Positions 43,183 to 53,244 of a stretch of 64,000 bases of DNA are shown in pieces. The notes beneath the pieces are model-generated. The model worked only from the letters and a program-made list of their open reading frames with translations, was not told where the DNA came from and did not search any database. Origin of the DNA: an uncultured Acidimicrobiales bacterium (lineage in GTDB: Bacteria; Actinomycetota; Acidimicrobiia; Acidimicrobiales; SHLQ01); the NCBI GenBank assembly GCA_937934655.1, contig CALGZB010000056.1, positions 2,147-66,146 on the forward strand, given 5' to 3'. Within the stretch, counting starts at the first letter, position 1. The number at the start of each line of letters is the position of its first letter. Made by a program: the position numbers and the translations under genes.

Positions 43183-45522
43183 CTAGCGGGTACGGACTGA
43201 AGACTTCTCCGGCAACAGCGGCCTTGGGTCAAGCGCAAACTTCGAACGGTCAACCCACGAGAGGCTGTTGTCGAGGTGCTGGCCAATCGCCCCGGCCGCC
43301 TCTTTGGCTGCAACGACATCGTCGTTCGATGGATCGCTTTGGCGGAATCGTGCTGTCGTCACCAAACTGGCGAGGCGTTCGATATTCGGCCTGATTGTGC
43401 TCAGCTGCGAACCAGCACGGTGCGCGTACTCGATCGGGGTTTCGGCCGGAACCGGAGTGATCCCAGCCATCGCCAGATCATCTTGAGCGGTGAGCCACGC
43501 CTCGGCGATGACCCGCCGGTTTTCGGTGGCGTGTTCTGCCAAGACCCGCTGTCGCTTCCGCGACTTGAGCCCCAAAATCGAACCGATCGTCAGACCTATC
43601 GCGGCGAGTACGCCTAGGACCCCGAGAATCAGGGGGAGGGGAACCGAGAAACCTTCGGCGGTTTCACCCAGCGCCGGTGCAGCCTGCTGATTCGGCAGCG
43701 TGGTGGTCGAACCCTGACCGGTGGCTGTCCCGGGGCTCTGGGCAACGGTGGTCGGCGGTACCGTAGGCGTTGCCGAAACATCAGGTTCTACGGTGGCGTC
43801 GGTTCCTTGCCCCGTGTACACCTCGTCACCAGGTGCGCCGCGACCGGGAGTCGGCTCAAACCGCAGCCAGCCAAGACCCTCGAAGAGGACTTCAGGCCAC
43901 GCATGCGCTTGCGCGCCGCGAACCCGATAGAGCTGTTCGTCGGCGCTGAACTCGCCCTCGGTGAAGCCGATGGAAACGCGGGTGGGGAGTCCAAGCGATC
44001 GGGCCATCGTTGCGAACGCCGTGGCGAACTGCTCGCAGTAACCAACCCGAGCATCGAGGAAGTCGTCGATACGATTGATGCTGTGGCCGCGTGCTACATC
44101 GATGTCGTAGTCGAAGGTCAGAAAGTACTTCTGGAGCTGCAGCGCCTGCTCGTACGGTGATGTCGCGGTAGCGGTGACCTGGCGGGCGGTCTCGATCGCC
44201 CGCGGACTGAAGTCGTCAGGCAACTCAAGGTAGACATCGTCGACATCAGAAGGGATCGTCGCGTTCTTGATGGCGGCAAGGTCGGGGGTGACGATTCCCG
44301 AAGTAACCGAGTACTGCATGCCGGTTTCGACGGTTGTCGATCGGTCACGGGTGATCAATGAACTGATGTTGGAGTTCCAACTGATCTCGAAATCGCCCGC
44401 CAACGGTTCGGCACGTACCGGCTCCTGGGCAGCGGGAAGCCATTCGCCCGCAAGGCCATTGATCGTGAACTCCTGCTCGAGTTCGTAGGAGATATCGCGC
44501 GGTTCGATGGACTCGAGGTCGCCCTCAACCTTCTCGAAACTTTCATTGGCGGTGAACTGTTTGCCATCGAACACCGGTAGCGACGTGAGTTTCCAGTAGG
44601 TGGGTTCATCGGTCTTTACCGTGAAGACCACCGTGTTGGGAAGGTCGATGAGTTGGGCCTGGATGTCGACAAGCGGATTGAGCGCCACTCGGGTACCGGG
44701 CCCGTCGCCGACCTTCTCAAGGTCGACAATCGGGGCATCATCGGCGCCGGGCAATCGAGGCCCCGCCACCACACCAAACAGCAGCGACGTAACGGCGATG
44801 ACGCCGCCCGCAGCGACGACGGCCTGGGTGCCGCGTTGCGAGGTCCCACCCAGCCAACTGGTATTTAGTTCCTGCATCGCCGCCGCTCGGTGCATCACGA
44901 TGAAGAACAGCACCGCAGCAGCGAACATCGTGACCGACCTGAGCTGGTATTGCTCGGCAGAAAAAAGTGACAGGAAGATGAAGATGACCGCTGGAGGAAG
45001 GATGGCTTCGAAGCCCGAACGCATTCGAAATGCGGCCCAATCCGCCAAAAACATAACAAGCCAAAGAGCGACCGCCGAGGCAAGAACGAAGCCCGGAAGC
45101 ACTGCGACGGGGGCACTGATACTGCCGAAGGCCGTCCATGCGTCGGTGAGATCGGTTTGGATCTGCGTTCGTGTTGTCGATGTAGGAAGCCCAAACTGGG
45201 TGCTTGATCCGTAGTGAATAAGCCCCTGCGAGATCAACATTCCTGCCGCCGACATGAGCGCCGAAATCCAGAGTGAGATACCGAGCCGCCGGGCGAGAAC
45301 TGCGAGACCGTGGGCCAACACCACCGTGAGGATCAGGGGGCGGCGGTAGGTGGAGTCCTCATAGACCCGGGCGAAGCTGAGTGCCACGGCTAGCCCCATA
45401 AGGGTGACGGCGATTTCTGCCGCGATCGTAAGCGGCAGCTTCTCCTCGGCGGCGACAGGGGTTGATGCGGTCATCTCGAGCGGGCTCCTACTTGGCGACG
45501 GGCGCTGACCGTTTGGTTCCAC
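43183..45522 (-). CDS. Transglutaminase-domain membrane protein (TgpA/DUF3488-like)
   Basis: About 6 N-terminal TMs. Core GYCEQFATAFATMARSLGLPTRVSIGF ... AHAWPEV (Cys-His) and a C-terminal TM. The true start is probably the internal ATG near 45474, which would give a 4-nt overlap with the upstream stop instead of 52 nt. Confidence 0.8.
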   Translation of the reverse strand: MEPNGQRPSPSRSPLEMTASTPVAAEEKLPLTIAAEIAVTLMGLAVALSFARVYEDSTYRRPLILTVVLAHGLAVLARRLGISLWISALMSAAGMLISQGLIHYGSSTQFGLPTSTTRTQIQTDLTDAWTAFGSISAPVAVLPGFVLASAVALWLVMFLADWAAFRMRSGFEAILPPAVIFIFLSLFSAEQYQLRSVTMFAAAVLFFIVMHRAAAMQELNTSWLGGTSQRGTQAVVAAGGVIAVTSLLFGVVAGPRLPGADDAPIVDLEKVGDGPGTRVALNPLVDIQAQLIDLPNTVVFTVKTDEPTYWKLTSLPVFDGKQFTANESFEKVEGDLESIEPRDISYELEQEFTINGLAGEWLPAAQEPVRAEPLAGDFEISWNSNISSLITRDRSTTVETGMQYSVTSGIVTPDLAAIKNATIPSDVDDVYLELPDDFSPRAIETARQVTATATSPYEQALQLQKYFLTFDYDIDVARGHSINRIDDFLDARVGYCEQFATAFATMARSLGLPTRVSIGFTEGEFSADEQLYRVRGAQAHAWPEVLFEGLGWLRFEPTPGRGAPGDEVYTGQGTDATVEPDVSATPTVPPTTVAQSPGTATGQGSTTTLPNQQAAPALGETAEGFSVPLPLILGVLGVLAAIGLTIGSILGLKSRKRQRVLAEHATENRRVIAEAWLTAQDDLAMAGITPVPAETPIEYAHRAGSQLSTIRPNIERLASLVTTARFRQSDPSNDDVVAAKEAAGAIGQHLDNSLSWVDRSKFALDPRPLLPEKSSVRTR

Positions 45523-46667
45523 ACGGCAGGAAACGGGTGCGAGTCACTGACGACGATCTTTCGCGTGCTCGCTGCACTAGTGGTCGCTTTCGCGGAAGGG
45601 TCGGTGGCTGAAGGATCGAGGATCACGGTGGTGAGTCCCGAGTAGGACGCGAGCAGTCGGCGCACAGCGGGGGAGTTGCCGAGCTCGGGTTGGGTGGTTA
45701 TGAGCACGACGGCGCCGCCTGCATCGGGGGTTTGCGCGTTCTTAAAGGCCGCGACTGGCGAGCGCTCGTCACTCACTTCGAGCACCGCCAACATGCTGAG
45801 GATGCCATCGATGTCGGCGTGGCTCGAGGCGAATCGTGCCGCACCGCCGGTGCTACTTGTGACCCGCACGAGGTCTTCTTGGCGTTGCGCTGCGAGGGCA
45901 ATGCTCCCGGCGATGGTGACCGCCAGATCGAGTTCGTCGGGGGTCATCGTGGAAGACCGGTTGTCGATGACTACCGTGACCCGGCCGAGAGACGGGCGTT
46001 CATCCTGGCGGACCATGAGTTCGTCATGGCGTGCGGTGGAGGGCCAGTGCACCCGTCGGAGGTCGTCGCCCTGGTCGAATCGTCGCAGCGCATGAAAGTC
46101 CTCGCCGGTTCGGCCGAGCGCCAAGGTCTGAAACGCCGATGCATAGGGATCGATGCTGTCGCTTTGGGGAAGCGGAACGACTTTGTAGACCGTCGGAAAC
46201 ACGAGGAGTTCGGAGACCCCGGCAGCCACGAGCCGGGTGCGAGCGAGTCCCAACGGGTCGGCGATCTCGACATCGAGAGGCCCAACCCGAACGACCCCTC
46301 GCTGGGCTGTGGGGAGTCGGTAGGCGGCGCGAGCGCTGGCCTCAGCGCGCAACGGGGCCACATTGAGTCGCGCTCCATGAGTTCCCGACACACTGTCGTG
46401 GACGGTGAGCACAGGGCTTCGACGGGTGCCGCGGTTGGTGAGGGAAAGATCGACCCGGCTCGGTGTGCCAGCATGGACTTTGGGTGGCTGGATCTTCCGC
46501 CGTACCTCGAGGCGAAGTCTTCGGCCGAGTACGTAGATGATGGCAACGGCGACCACGGCGATTGCAATGATCCCGCACAGGAATAATTCGAGGCTGCCCA
46601 GCACCCGCCCGGCAGCGACGAGAACCACGCCGATGATCGCTAAGCCCCACCCAGAACGGCTTGGCAT
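45471..46667 (-). CDS. DUF58 domain-containing protein
   Basis: Two N-terminal TMs. FHALRRFDQGDDLRRVHWPSTAR is the hallmark DUF58 motif. Confidence 0.8.
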   Translation of the reverse strand: MPSRSGWGLAIIGVVLVAAGRVLGSLELFLCGIIAIAVVAVAIIYVLGRRLRLEVRRKIQPPKVHAGTPSRVDLSLTNRGTRRSPVLTVHDSVSGTHGARLNVAPLRAEASARAAYRLPTAQRGVVRVGPLDVEIADPLGLARTRLVAAGVSELLVFPTVYKVVPLPQSDSIDPYASAFQTLALGRTGEDFHALRRFDQGDDLRRVHWPSTARHDELMVRQDERPSLGRVTVVIDNRSSTMTPDELDLAVTIAGSIALAAQRQEDLVRVTSSTGGAARFASSHADIDGILSMLAVLEVSDERSPVAAFKNAQTPDAGGAVVLITTQPELGNSPAVRRLLASYSGLTTVILDPSATDPSAKATTSAASTRKIVVSDSHPFPAVWNQTVSARRQVGARSR

Positions 46668-46702
46668 GTCAGCGCATCACCATTTTCCTAGGAGTCCGGG
46701 TG

Positions 46703-47674
46703 TCATACGAGACCGGGGCCAGTAGGGATTGGGAGGCCCCCGATGATCTCTTTAAGAACCTGGCTGGCCGAAACGCCTTGTAGCTGCGCTTCGGGCGAGA
46801 GCATAAGACGGTGAGCCAACGTTGGGCCGGCCATCGCCTTGAGGTCATCGGGGATCACATGATCGCGGTGCGCCGCTGCAGCTGCAGTGCGAGTGATCCG
46901 CTGCAGTGCCAGAACAGCTCGTGGTGACATGCCCAACGCCAATGATGGGTGGTTACGGGTGGCGGCAGCGAGGTCGACCATGTAGTTGCGCAGCGACGGC
47001 GCCACATGAACCGAGTTGATGGCCTTCGCCATCAACCGCACGTTGTCGGCGGTTACCACCGGCTTGAGTCGCGACGTGCTGTCGCCGTCTTCGAGGGTAG
47101 TGAGAATGTCGATCTCGGCATCGCGGTCGGGATAGCCAACCGAAACTCGCATGAGGAAACGGTCGAGTTGTGCCTCGGGCAGCACATAGGTGCCTTCGTG
47201 CTCGATGGGGTTTTGGGTGGCGATGACCATGAAGGGGTTTGAAAGCTGGCGGGTTGACCCATCGACGGTCACCTGCTTCTCTGCCATTGCTTCGAGGAGT
47301 GCCGACTGGGTCTTGGGCGATGCTCGGTTGATCTCGTCGCCGAGAACGATGTTGTTGAAGACCGGGCCGGGGCGGAAGTCGAAATCACCGGTTGAGCGGT
47401 TCCACACCGAGATACCGGTGACATCGCCAGGGAGAAGGTCGGGAGTGAACTGAATTCGGCCGAGGGTGCCTTCGATCGAAGCTGCGAGCGCTTTGGCCAG
47501 GCTGGTCTTGCCGACTCCTGGCGCATCCTCGATGAGGAGATGCCCTTCGGCGACCAGGCACAAGACCATCAGGCGAATCACCTCATCCTTACCTCGAACA
47601 GCCAGGCGAATATTTCCGCAGATCTGTTCGAACAGCTCGGAGAATGTTTCCGTTCGGGGTGCCGGTTCGGGCAT
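46703..47674 (-). CDS. MoxR-like AAA+ ATPase
   Basis: Internal ATG (MPEPAPRTETF). Walker A EDAPGVGKTSLAKALA, Walker B NIVLGDEINRASPKTQSALLEAM and the ATQNPIEHEGTY motif are present. Confidence 0.9.
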   Translation of the reverse strand: MPEPAPRTETFSELFEQICGNIRLAVRGKDEVIRLMVLCLVAEGHLLIEDAPGVGKTSLAKALAASIEGTLGRIQFTPDLLPGDVTGISVWNRSTGDFDFRPGPVFNNIVLGDEINRASPKTQSALLEAMAEKQVTVDGSTRQLSNPFMVIATQNPIEHEGTYVLPEAQLDRFLMRVSVGYPDRDAEIDILTTLEDGDSTSRLKPVVTADNVRLMAKAINSVHVAPSLRNYMVDLAAATRNHPSLALGMSPRAVLALQRITRTAAAAAHRDHVIPDDLKAMAGPTLAHRLMLSPEAQLQGVSASQVLKEIIGGLPIPTGPGLV

Positions 47675-47795
47675 CGTCACTTGATTGGTTCTTTCGGTAA
47701 TTTCGAGTTCACGCCAACAGCGACGAAGCGTCGGCCACGTCACCATGGCAAGGCTAGGTGAAGGTTGAGGTAAAGGTCTCGGATAGCGTCGTGAT

Positions 47796-48671
47796 GTGGA
47801 GAAATCTACGGAGTTCGCAGAGGCCCTTTCGATTGACATCGGCGGCACCAAACTCGCCGTTGGGCGGGTGTCCGAGAAGGGCGAACTCCTCGAGCGGCAT
47901 CAATGCCCAACCCCTCAGACGGCCGACGGCGACGAGTTGTTCAACGTTCTAAGCGATTTGGTGCAAAAGTGCTCGTCCAATGGCTCTTTCGCCCACTTCC
48001 AGGTCTGTGGCGTTGGTTCAGGTGGTCCAATGACGCCGAACGGTGAGACGGTGTCGCCGCTCAATATTGCTGCGTGGCGTGACTTTCCGCTTCGGTCAAA
48101 GCTTGCCGAGTTCACCGGGTTGCATGTGGCGATCGACAACGATGCAAAGGCCTTGGCGTTGGCTGAAGGTTGGCTCGGCGCCGCTCAGGGCGAAGATAAC
48201 TACATCGGCATGGTCGTGTCGACCGGTGTCGGCGGGGGAATTGTGGTCGACGGTCGCCTCCTCCATGGGGCTGGGGCGAACGCTGGCCATATTGGCCATA
48301 TCCAAGTCATCGGCGATGGTCGCGAGTGTGTCTGTGGCAGCCGCGGATGTCTCGAAGCAGAGGCCTCGGGCACTGCAATCGCTGCTATCACCGGCCGGCC
48401 TGCGGCTGAGGCCGATGACGACATGCGTCGGCGGACCGGAATGCTCGTCGGACGCGCCGTTGCCTCCACGGTGAATCTTCTTGATATTCGACTCGCGACA
48501 GTCGCCGGATCGGTGGCACTCGGGTTTGGTGAGATCTTCTTCGAGGCCGCTCAGGCCGAAATCGACCGACTTTCGACAATCGTCTACGCCAGGGGTGCCT
48601 CGATCGTCCCGGCATTGCTCGGTGACTCGGCTCCACTCATCGGGGCGGCAGCGGTAGGATTTCGTTCATGA
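47796..48671 (+). CDS. ROK family sugar kinase (glucokinase-like)
   Basis: LSIDIGGTKLAVG (ATP-binding motif) and GHIGHIQV...CVCGSRGCLEAEASG (ROK zinc motif). Confidence 0.8.
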   Translation: MEKSTEFAEALSIDIGGTKLAVGRVSEKGELLERHQCPTPQTADGDELFNVLSDLVQKCSSNGSFAHFQVCGVGSGGPMTPNGETVSPLNIAAWRDFPLRSKLAEFTGLHVAIDNDAKALALAEGWLGAAQGEDNYIGMVVSTGVGGGIVVDGRLLHGAGANAGHIGHIQVIGDGRECVCGSRGCLEAEASGTAIAAITGRPAAEADDDMRRRTGMLVGRAVASTVNLLDIRLATVAGSVALGFGEIFFEAAQAEIDRLSTIVYARGASIVPALLGDSAPLIGAAAVGFRS

Positions 48672-48940
48672 GCTCTACCGGATCCGGTGACCTTGCCTGG
48701 TGGCTTGGGTCGACCAAAGCACTCGTTACCCGACCAGGACTCTGGCCGACCGCAGCGAGTCAGCTTCTGAAGCTCGCTCCCAATGGTTGGTGGAAGACCG
48801 CTCCGTTCCTGCCGGTTCCCGATCCTTCGTACTTTGGGTTCCGTTTGCAAACCGCCTACGGCAACACTGAAGAAGCTCCTCCGGTCGATGGTCTGGTCAC
48901 GTACCTCGAGTGGATCAAAGACTGGAACGCCACCCAATAG
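48668..48940 (+). CDS. Hypothetical Trp-rich small protein (90 aa)
   Basis: ATGA overlap with the ROK stop. Coding-like GC3. No domain that I can name. Confidence 0.45.
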   Translation: MSSTGSGDLAWWLGSTKALVTRPGLWPTAASQLLKLAPNGWWKTAPFLPVPDPSYFGFRLQTAYGNTEEAPPVDGLVTYLEWIKDWNATQ

Positions 48941-48984
48941 ATTTGACCCGTCGTCGTTTCCGGGTAGGTACTACCGTGGGTCTA

Positions 48985-49494
48985 ATGGGTGGAGTCCTGG
49001 TGCTGAACGCAACGTACGAACCCCTCAGCGTGGTGTCGTCGCGCCGAGCGGTCATTTTGGTCCTTGAACAAAAGGCGCTGCTCGAAACCGCTACCGATCG
49101 TGTCTTTCGAAGCGAACGTATGACCGTGAAGGAACCGTCGGTTGTGCGGCTCACCCGGTATGTGCGAATGCCTCAGACCCATCGTCGGAACCTCAGCCGT
49201 CGGGCGCTTTTCGCTCGGGACGATCACACGTGCCAGTACTGCGGAAAGGTCGCCGACAGCATCGACCACATCATGCCGCGCAGCCGTGGTGGACTCCATG
49301 TTTGGGAAAACGTCGTTGCGGCGTGTCGACGTTGCAACATGCTGAAGCGCGACCGGCTTCTCTCGGACACCACAATGAAGCTGCGCTCTACGCCGGGGCC
49401 GCCCCGGCCATCCGTGTGGTTTCGTGCCGCAGTTGGGCGCATGCCCGACGATTGGATTCCGTATCTCGAGATGGCCGAACGGCGTCCAGCGTAA
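48985..49494 (+). CDS. HNH endonuclease family protein
   Basis: Internal ATG (MGGVLVLNATYEPL). CQYCG ... DHIMPRSRGG ... WENVVAACRRCNMLK is a canonical HNH/zinc motif. Confidence 0.8.
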   Translation: MGGVLVLNATYEPLSVVSSRRAVILVLEQKALLETATDRVFRSERMTVKEPSVVRLTRYVRMPQTHRRNLSRRALFARDDHTCQYCGKVADSIDHIMPRSRGGLHVWENVVAACRRCNMLKRDRLLSDTTMKLRSTPGPPRPSVWFRAAVGRMPDDWIPYLEMAERRPA

Positions 49495-49570
49495 GCCGAG
49501 TCTCGAGGTTCGGTAGATCGAGGAATCTCTCGGGTGCCTGGGGCCTGAGTCTCCGTACACTTAGAGCGAC

Positions 49571-50287
49571 GTGACGAACGCAGACCACAAGATTGCCGGC
49601 GGTTGGTCGGTGCATGACCGCATCGATTCGGTGGCCGAACTCCACGCGACCGACATTCCGACTGATCTGGGCCGGGAGGTCTGGTTCATGGTGCCGACGG
49701 CGCCGGCATTAGTGCTCGGGAGTTCCCAAACCGACGACGAAGTCGACCAGTCTGCTCTCGCCGAGGCCGGTTTGGCCCTCGCGAAACGACGCAGCGGCGG
49801 GGGAGCCGTGCTGGTCGACTCGTCGAGCCTGTGGGTGGATCTCTTTATCGGCCCTGGTGATCCGCTATGGCATGACGATGTTGGTCGAGCATTCGAGTGG
49901 GTCGGCGAACTTTGGGAACGAACACTGCAGGCCGTTGCCTCGGAAGCGAAGCTTGAATCGCCCTTCGATGCGACCCAGCTTGCGGTGCACACCGGAGCGC
50001 TCGAACGAAACGAGTGGAACCGGAAGGTGTGCTTCGCATCGGTTGGGCCCGGCGAAGTGACGCTTGGCGGTCGCAAGGTCGTCGGAGTCTCGCAACGGCG
50101 AACCCGCTCCGGGTGTCGGTTTCAGTGTTCGGTGATCCTTGAGGATCGCCAGCGGCTCGTCCCGGCGCTGCTTCACCTCAGCGCAGACGACCGCACCGCT
50201 GCACGGCAAATGGTCGAGGCATCGACTGTCGGCTTAGGTGTTTCGCCGGTCACCATTCGACGCGTTCTCCTTTCGTTGTTGGGCTAA
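49571..50287 (+). CDS. Biotin/lipoate A/B protein ligase family protein (lipoate-protein ligase-like)
   Basis: KRRSGGGAVLVD and RKVVGVSQRR resemble the LplA/LipB catalytic-domain motifs (RRxSGGGAV, K-x-G-x-AQ). Confidence 0.6.
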   Translation: MTNADHKIAGGWSVHDRIDSVAELHATDIPTDLGREVWFMVPTAPALVLGSSQTDDEVDQSALAEAGLALAKRRSGGGAVLVDSSSLWVDLFIGPGDPLWHDDVGRAFEWVGELWERTLQAVASEAKLESPFDATQLAVHTGALERNEWNRKVCFASVGPGEVTLGGRKVVGVSQRRTRSGCRFQCSVILEDRQRLVPALLHLSADDRTAARQMVEASTVGLGVSPVTIRRVLLSLLG

Positions 50288-50337
50288 GCGGCTCCCGATA
50301 TTCAAACGGTCCCGGCATCGGGTGTAGGTTCGCGTAC

Positions 50338-50829
50338 GTGACCTCAATTCAATCCGATCTCGAAGTACTCACCTGGTCTGGCTACGGAGACGCATCCGTT
50401 GAGCTGGCAAAGCAGGTCGCCGACGATGGGTACAAGCCCGATCTGATTCTCGGGATCGCCCGCGGTGGATTGTTCCTTGCCGGCTCTCTCGGTTACTCGC
50501 TTTCTGTGAAGAACCTTTTCGTCATGAATGTCGAGTACTACACCGGCGTCGACGAACGTCTTGAAGTTCCCGTGGTCCTTCCGCCGTACCTCGACCTGGT
50601 CGATCTCGAAGGTTCCAAGATGTTGGTGGTCGACGACGTCGCCGACACCGGCAACACGCTCAAACTCGTCGATGAGTTCTCCAAGGGCAAGGTTGGCGAG
50701 GTGCGCACCGCAGTGCTCTACCAAAAGCCGAAGTCGGTTGTGCAATGCGACTACATCTGGAAAAACACCGACAAGTGGATCGACTTCCCGTGGAGTACCG
50801 ACTCCTCGATCATCGCCGGAGCGAGCTAA
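50338..50829 (+). CDS. Purine phosphoribosyltransferase family protein
   Basis: PRPP-binding loop MLVVDDVADTGNTL. Size (163 aa) is typical of Gpt/Xpt-like enzymes. Confidence 0.75.
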   Translation: MTSIQSDLEVLTWSGYGDASVELAKQVADDGYKPDLILGIARGGLFLAGSLGYSLSVKNLFVMNVEYYTGVDERLEVPVVLPPYLDLVDLEGSKMLVVDDVADTGNTLKLVDEFSKGKVGEVRTAVLYQKPKSVVQCDYIWKNTDKWIDFPWSTDSSIIAGAS

Positions 50830-50918
50830 CCAGCCAACCGGGTTGCGGGGTGGACCTCGGACCATGCCCGAGCCGGTAGAGTCGTACAGGTGTTCGAACG
50901 TCGAAAGTGCGCCAATCG

Positions 50919-51509
50919 ATGAGAGTCTTAGGGATCGACCCCGGACTTACGCGCCTTGGCTACGGCTGTGTGCAGCAAGATGGCCGGAAGCAGGTTGCAC
51001 GAAGCGCTGGGGTTATTCGAACCAGTCCCGACAACTCCGTTCCTGAGCGCCTCGGCGAAATGCAGGCCGAAGTCCGCGCTCTAATTGCCGAGCAGCAACC
51101 CGATGTCGTTGCGATCGAACGGGTTCTTTTCCAGGTCAACGTGAGCACCGCAATGTCGGTGGGGCAGTCGAGTGGCGTGGTGATGGCCGAGGCGGTCAGC
51201 GCTGGATGCACGGTCTTTGAATACTCGCCAAACGAAATAAAGCTGGCGGTCGCTGGGTGGGGCGGTGCCGACAAGACTCAGATGGAACAGATGGTGCGGA
51301 CCCTGCTCAAGATCAAGGTTCCGCTCAAGCCGGTCGACGCCGCCGATGCGCTCGCCGTCGCCATCTGTCACCTTGCACAAGCACCCACAGCCGCAGCGGT
51401 CCAACGAGTTCTGGCCGCTACCCCTCGCCGCGATGGAAAGGCCAGTTCCACAGTGGGCGAAGAGGCCGGTTCCAGCGGTCGTGAAAAGAATGGAAAGATC
51501 ACCTCATGA
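50919..51509 (+). CDS. ruvC: Crossover junction endodeoxyribonuclease RuvC
   Basis: MRVLGIDPGLTRLGYG, VAIERVF and DAADALAVAICH are RuvC catalytic motifs. Confidence 0.9.
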   Translation: MRVLGIDPGLTRLGYGCVQQDGRKQVARSAGVIRTSPDNSVPERLGEMQAEVRALIAEQQPDVVAIERVLFQVNVSTAMSVGQSSGVVMAEAVSAGCTVFEYSPNEIKLAVAGWGGADKTQMEQMVRTLLKIKVPLKPVDAADALAVAICHLAQAPTAAAVQRVLAATPRRDGKASSTVGEEAGSSGREKNGKITS

Positions 51510-52108
51510 TCGGATCTCTTCGAGGCTCACTCCTCGATCGAAGCGGAAATGAAGCGCTCGTGGAAGTTGGCGGCGTCGGGTACCGGCTTGTGCTGGGGCC
51601 AGCGTCGGTCGAGCAGCTGCCGTCACTTGGAAGCGAACTCTTCCTTTACGTGCACCATCACATTCGCGAAGACTCGCAGACGCTGTATGGGTTCCTTGCC
51701 AAAGAGGAACGGGTGGCCTTTGAAGCCTTGATCTCGGCGCACGGTGTTGGCCCCAAGCTTGGTCTCGACATTTTGTCCGTGCATGCGCCTCACGAACTCC
51801 GGTCCGTCCTGGCAACCGACGACGTCGACGCGTTGTGTCTGGTTCCGGGTGTTGGCAAGAAGACGGCTACCCGACTTCTTGTCGAGCTGAAGAGCAAGCT
51901 CGACCTCCCCGATGTTGTTGACCTCCGGGCGCTCTCCGATTCGGCCTCGGCCGAAGAGGCCCCACGTGCCTTGGCCGATGTTCGCGGAGCGCTCGAAGGG
52001 CTTGGCTACAGCAGCGAGGAGATCCGGTCTGCGGTCGCCGACCTCGACCCAGCTGGCGAGAGTTCAGAGTTGTTGAAAGAGGCACTGAAGCGTTTGGCCA
52101 CCCGATGA
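51506..52108 (+). CDS. ruvA: Holliday junction branch migration complex subunit RuvA
   Basis: MIGSLRGSL ... VEVGGVGY, an HhH pair ([11 protein letters not shown] / VPGVGKKTA), and an ATGA overlap with ruvC. Confidence 0.9.
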   Translation: MIGSLRGSLLDRSGNEALVEVGGVGYRLVLGPASVEQLPSLGSELFLYVHHHIREDSQTLYGFLAKEERVAFEALISAHGVGPKLGLDILSVHAPHELRSVLATDDVDALCLVPGVGKKTATRLLVELKSKLDLPDVVDLRALSDSASAEEAPRALADVRGALEGLGYSSEEIRSAVADLDPAGESSELLKEALKRLATR

Positions 52109-53244
52109 GTGGACGCGATGAACTCCTTGGTGGCGACACCGGTGATGAAGAAGACGACGACTCACGTCGTGAAGAAGTAGACCTCACCGAATCTTCTGAC
52201 CCGGCCGTTTCGCTCGCAGCCAGTCTCGATAATCAACGAGAAGAGGGTGACGAGGTCGGACTTCGGCCGGCAGTGCTCGACGACTTCGTTGGGCAACCGC
52301 AGCTCAAAGAAACCTTACGCGTCATCCTTGGTGCTGCGAAGAAGCGCAACCGGCCCGCCGACCACCTGCTCTTTGCCGGACCGCCGGGACTCGGCAAGAC
52401 CACGCTGGCCCACATCGCAGCCAATGAGATGGGCGCCGAACTCCACATCACGTCGGGCCCGGCGCTCGAACGCCCCGGTGACCTTGCGTCGATCCTCAAC
52501 CAGCTCGAAGAGGGCGATGTCCTCTTCATCGACGAGATCCACCGGCTCTCGCGGGCGGTCGAAGAGGTCCTTTACCCAGCAATGGAAGACTTTCGGGTCG
52601 ACATTGTGCTTGGAAAGGGGCCAGCTGCCCGCTCGATCCCTCTTCCCGTTTCACCGTTCACCTTGGTCGGCGCAACCACCCGTGTCGGTTTGCTTACCGG
52701 GCCATTGCGCGACCGCTTCGGGCTCGAAACTCGTCTCGACTACTACGAGGCCGATGATCTTCAATCCATCGTGTTGCGCGCCGCCGGAATTCTGGACGTC
52801 GATATCGATGAAGCGGGCGCTCTCGAAATCGCCGGACGGTCGCGGGGCACACCGCGAATCGCGAACCGGCTGCTGCGGCAGGTGCGTGACTTCTCCGACG
52901 TCGATCGCGACGGCGTTATCGATCTGCGGGTGGCCAAAGACGGGCTTGCCTTCTTCGGTGTTGATGATCGGGGCCTCGACAAACCGTCCCGCAATCTTCT
53001 CGAGTCCGTATGTGTGCGGTTCGAGGGCGGTCCGGTCGGGCTCAAGACCTTGGCCATCAGTGTCTCCGAACCAACCGAGACCGTCGAGGACGTGTACGAG
53101 CCCTATCTCATCCAGCAGGGATTTCTGATGCGCACGCCACAAGGGCGTGTCGCGACGGCTGCTGCGTGGAAACACCTCGGTCTCGTTGCTCCAAATGCGG
53201 CTGCCAAGCCGGCCCAGCCCCTCGAGTTGTTCGACCAGGAATGA
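52105..53244 (+). CDS. ruvB: Holliday junction branch migration DNA helicase RuvB
   Basis: Walker [12 protein letters not shown], Walker [10 protein letters not shown], and sensor regions. It has an ~45-aa acidic N-terminal extension. Confidence 0.95.
   Translation: MSGRDELLGGDTGDEEDDDSRREEVDLTESSDPAVSLAASLDNQREEGDEVGLRPAVLDDFVGQPQLKETLRVILGAAKKRNRPADHLLFAGPPGLGKTTLAHIAANEMGAELHITSGPALERPGDLASILNQLEEGDVLFIDEIHRLSRAVEEVLYPAMEDFRVDIVLGKGPAARSIPLPVSPFTLVGATTRVGLLTGPLRDRFGLETRLDYYEADDLQSIVLRAAGILDVDIDEAGALEIAGRSRGTPRIANRLLRQVRDFSDVDRDGVIDLRVAKDGLAFFGVDDRGLDKPSRNLLESVCVRFEGGPVGLKTLAISVSEPTETVEDVYEPYLIQQGFLMRTPQGRVATAAAWKHLGLVAPNAAAKPAQPLELFDQE

Noticed and set aside
48985-49494. The HNH endonuclease as a possible homing or mobile element or defence gene.
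   Set aside because: It is a small stand-alone HNH protein embedded co-directionally among housekeeping genes. It has no flanking repeats, intein or intron context, partner methylase or ATPase. It looks like the conserved actinobacterial HNH family rather than a mobile or defence module.
53010-53240. The 77-aa N-terminal extension of the queA ORF (track start 53010), which overlaps ruvB by 235 nt. Similar long upstream extensions occur for dinB (41265), MoxR (47851), IMPase (39008), secF (57918), glpK (33280), HNH (48910) and CPBP (3707).
   Set aside because: The extensions are Arg/Cys/Gly-rich and overlap the upstream gene. Internal ATGs give canonical N-termini and ATGA-type coupling with the preceding stop.
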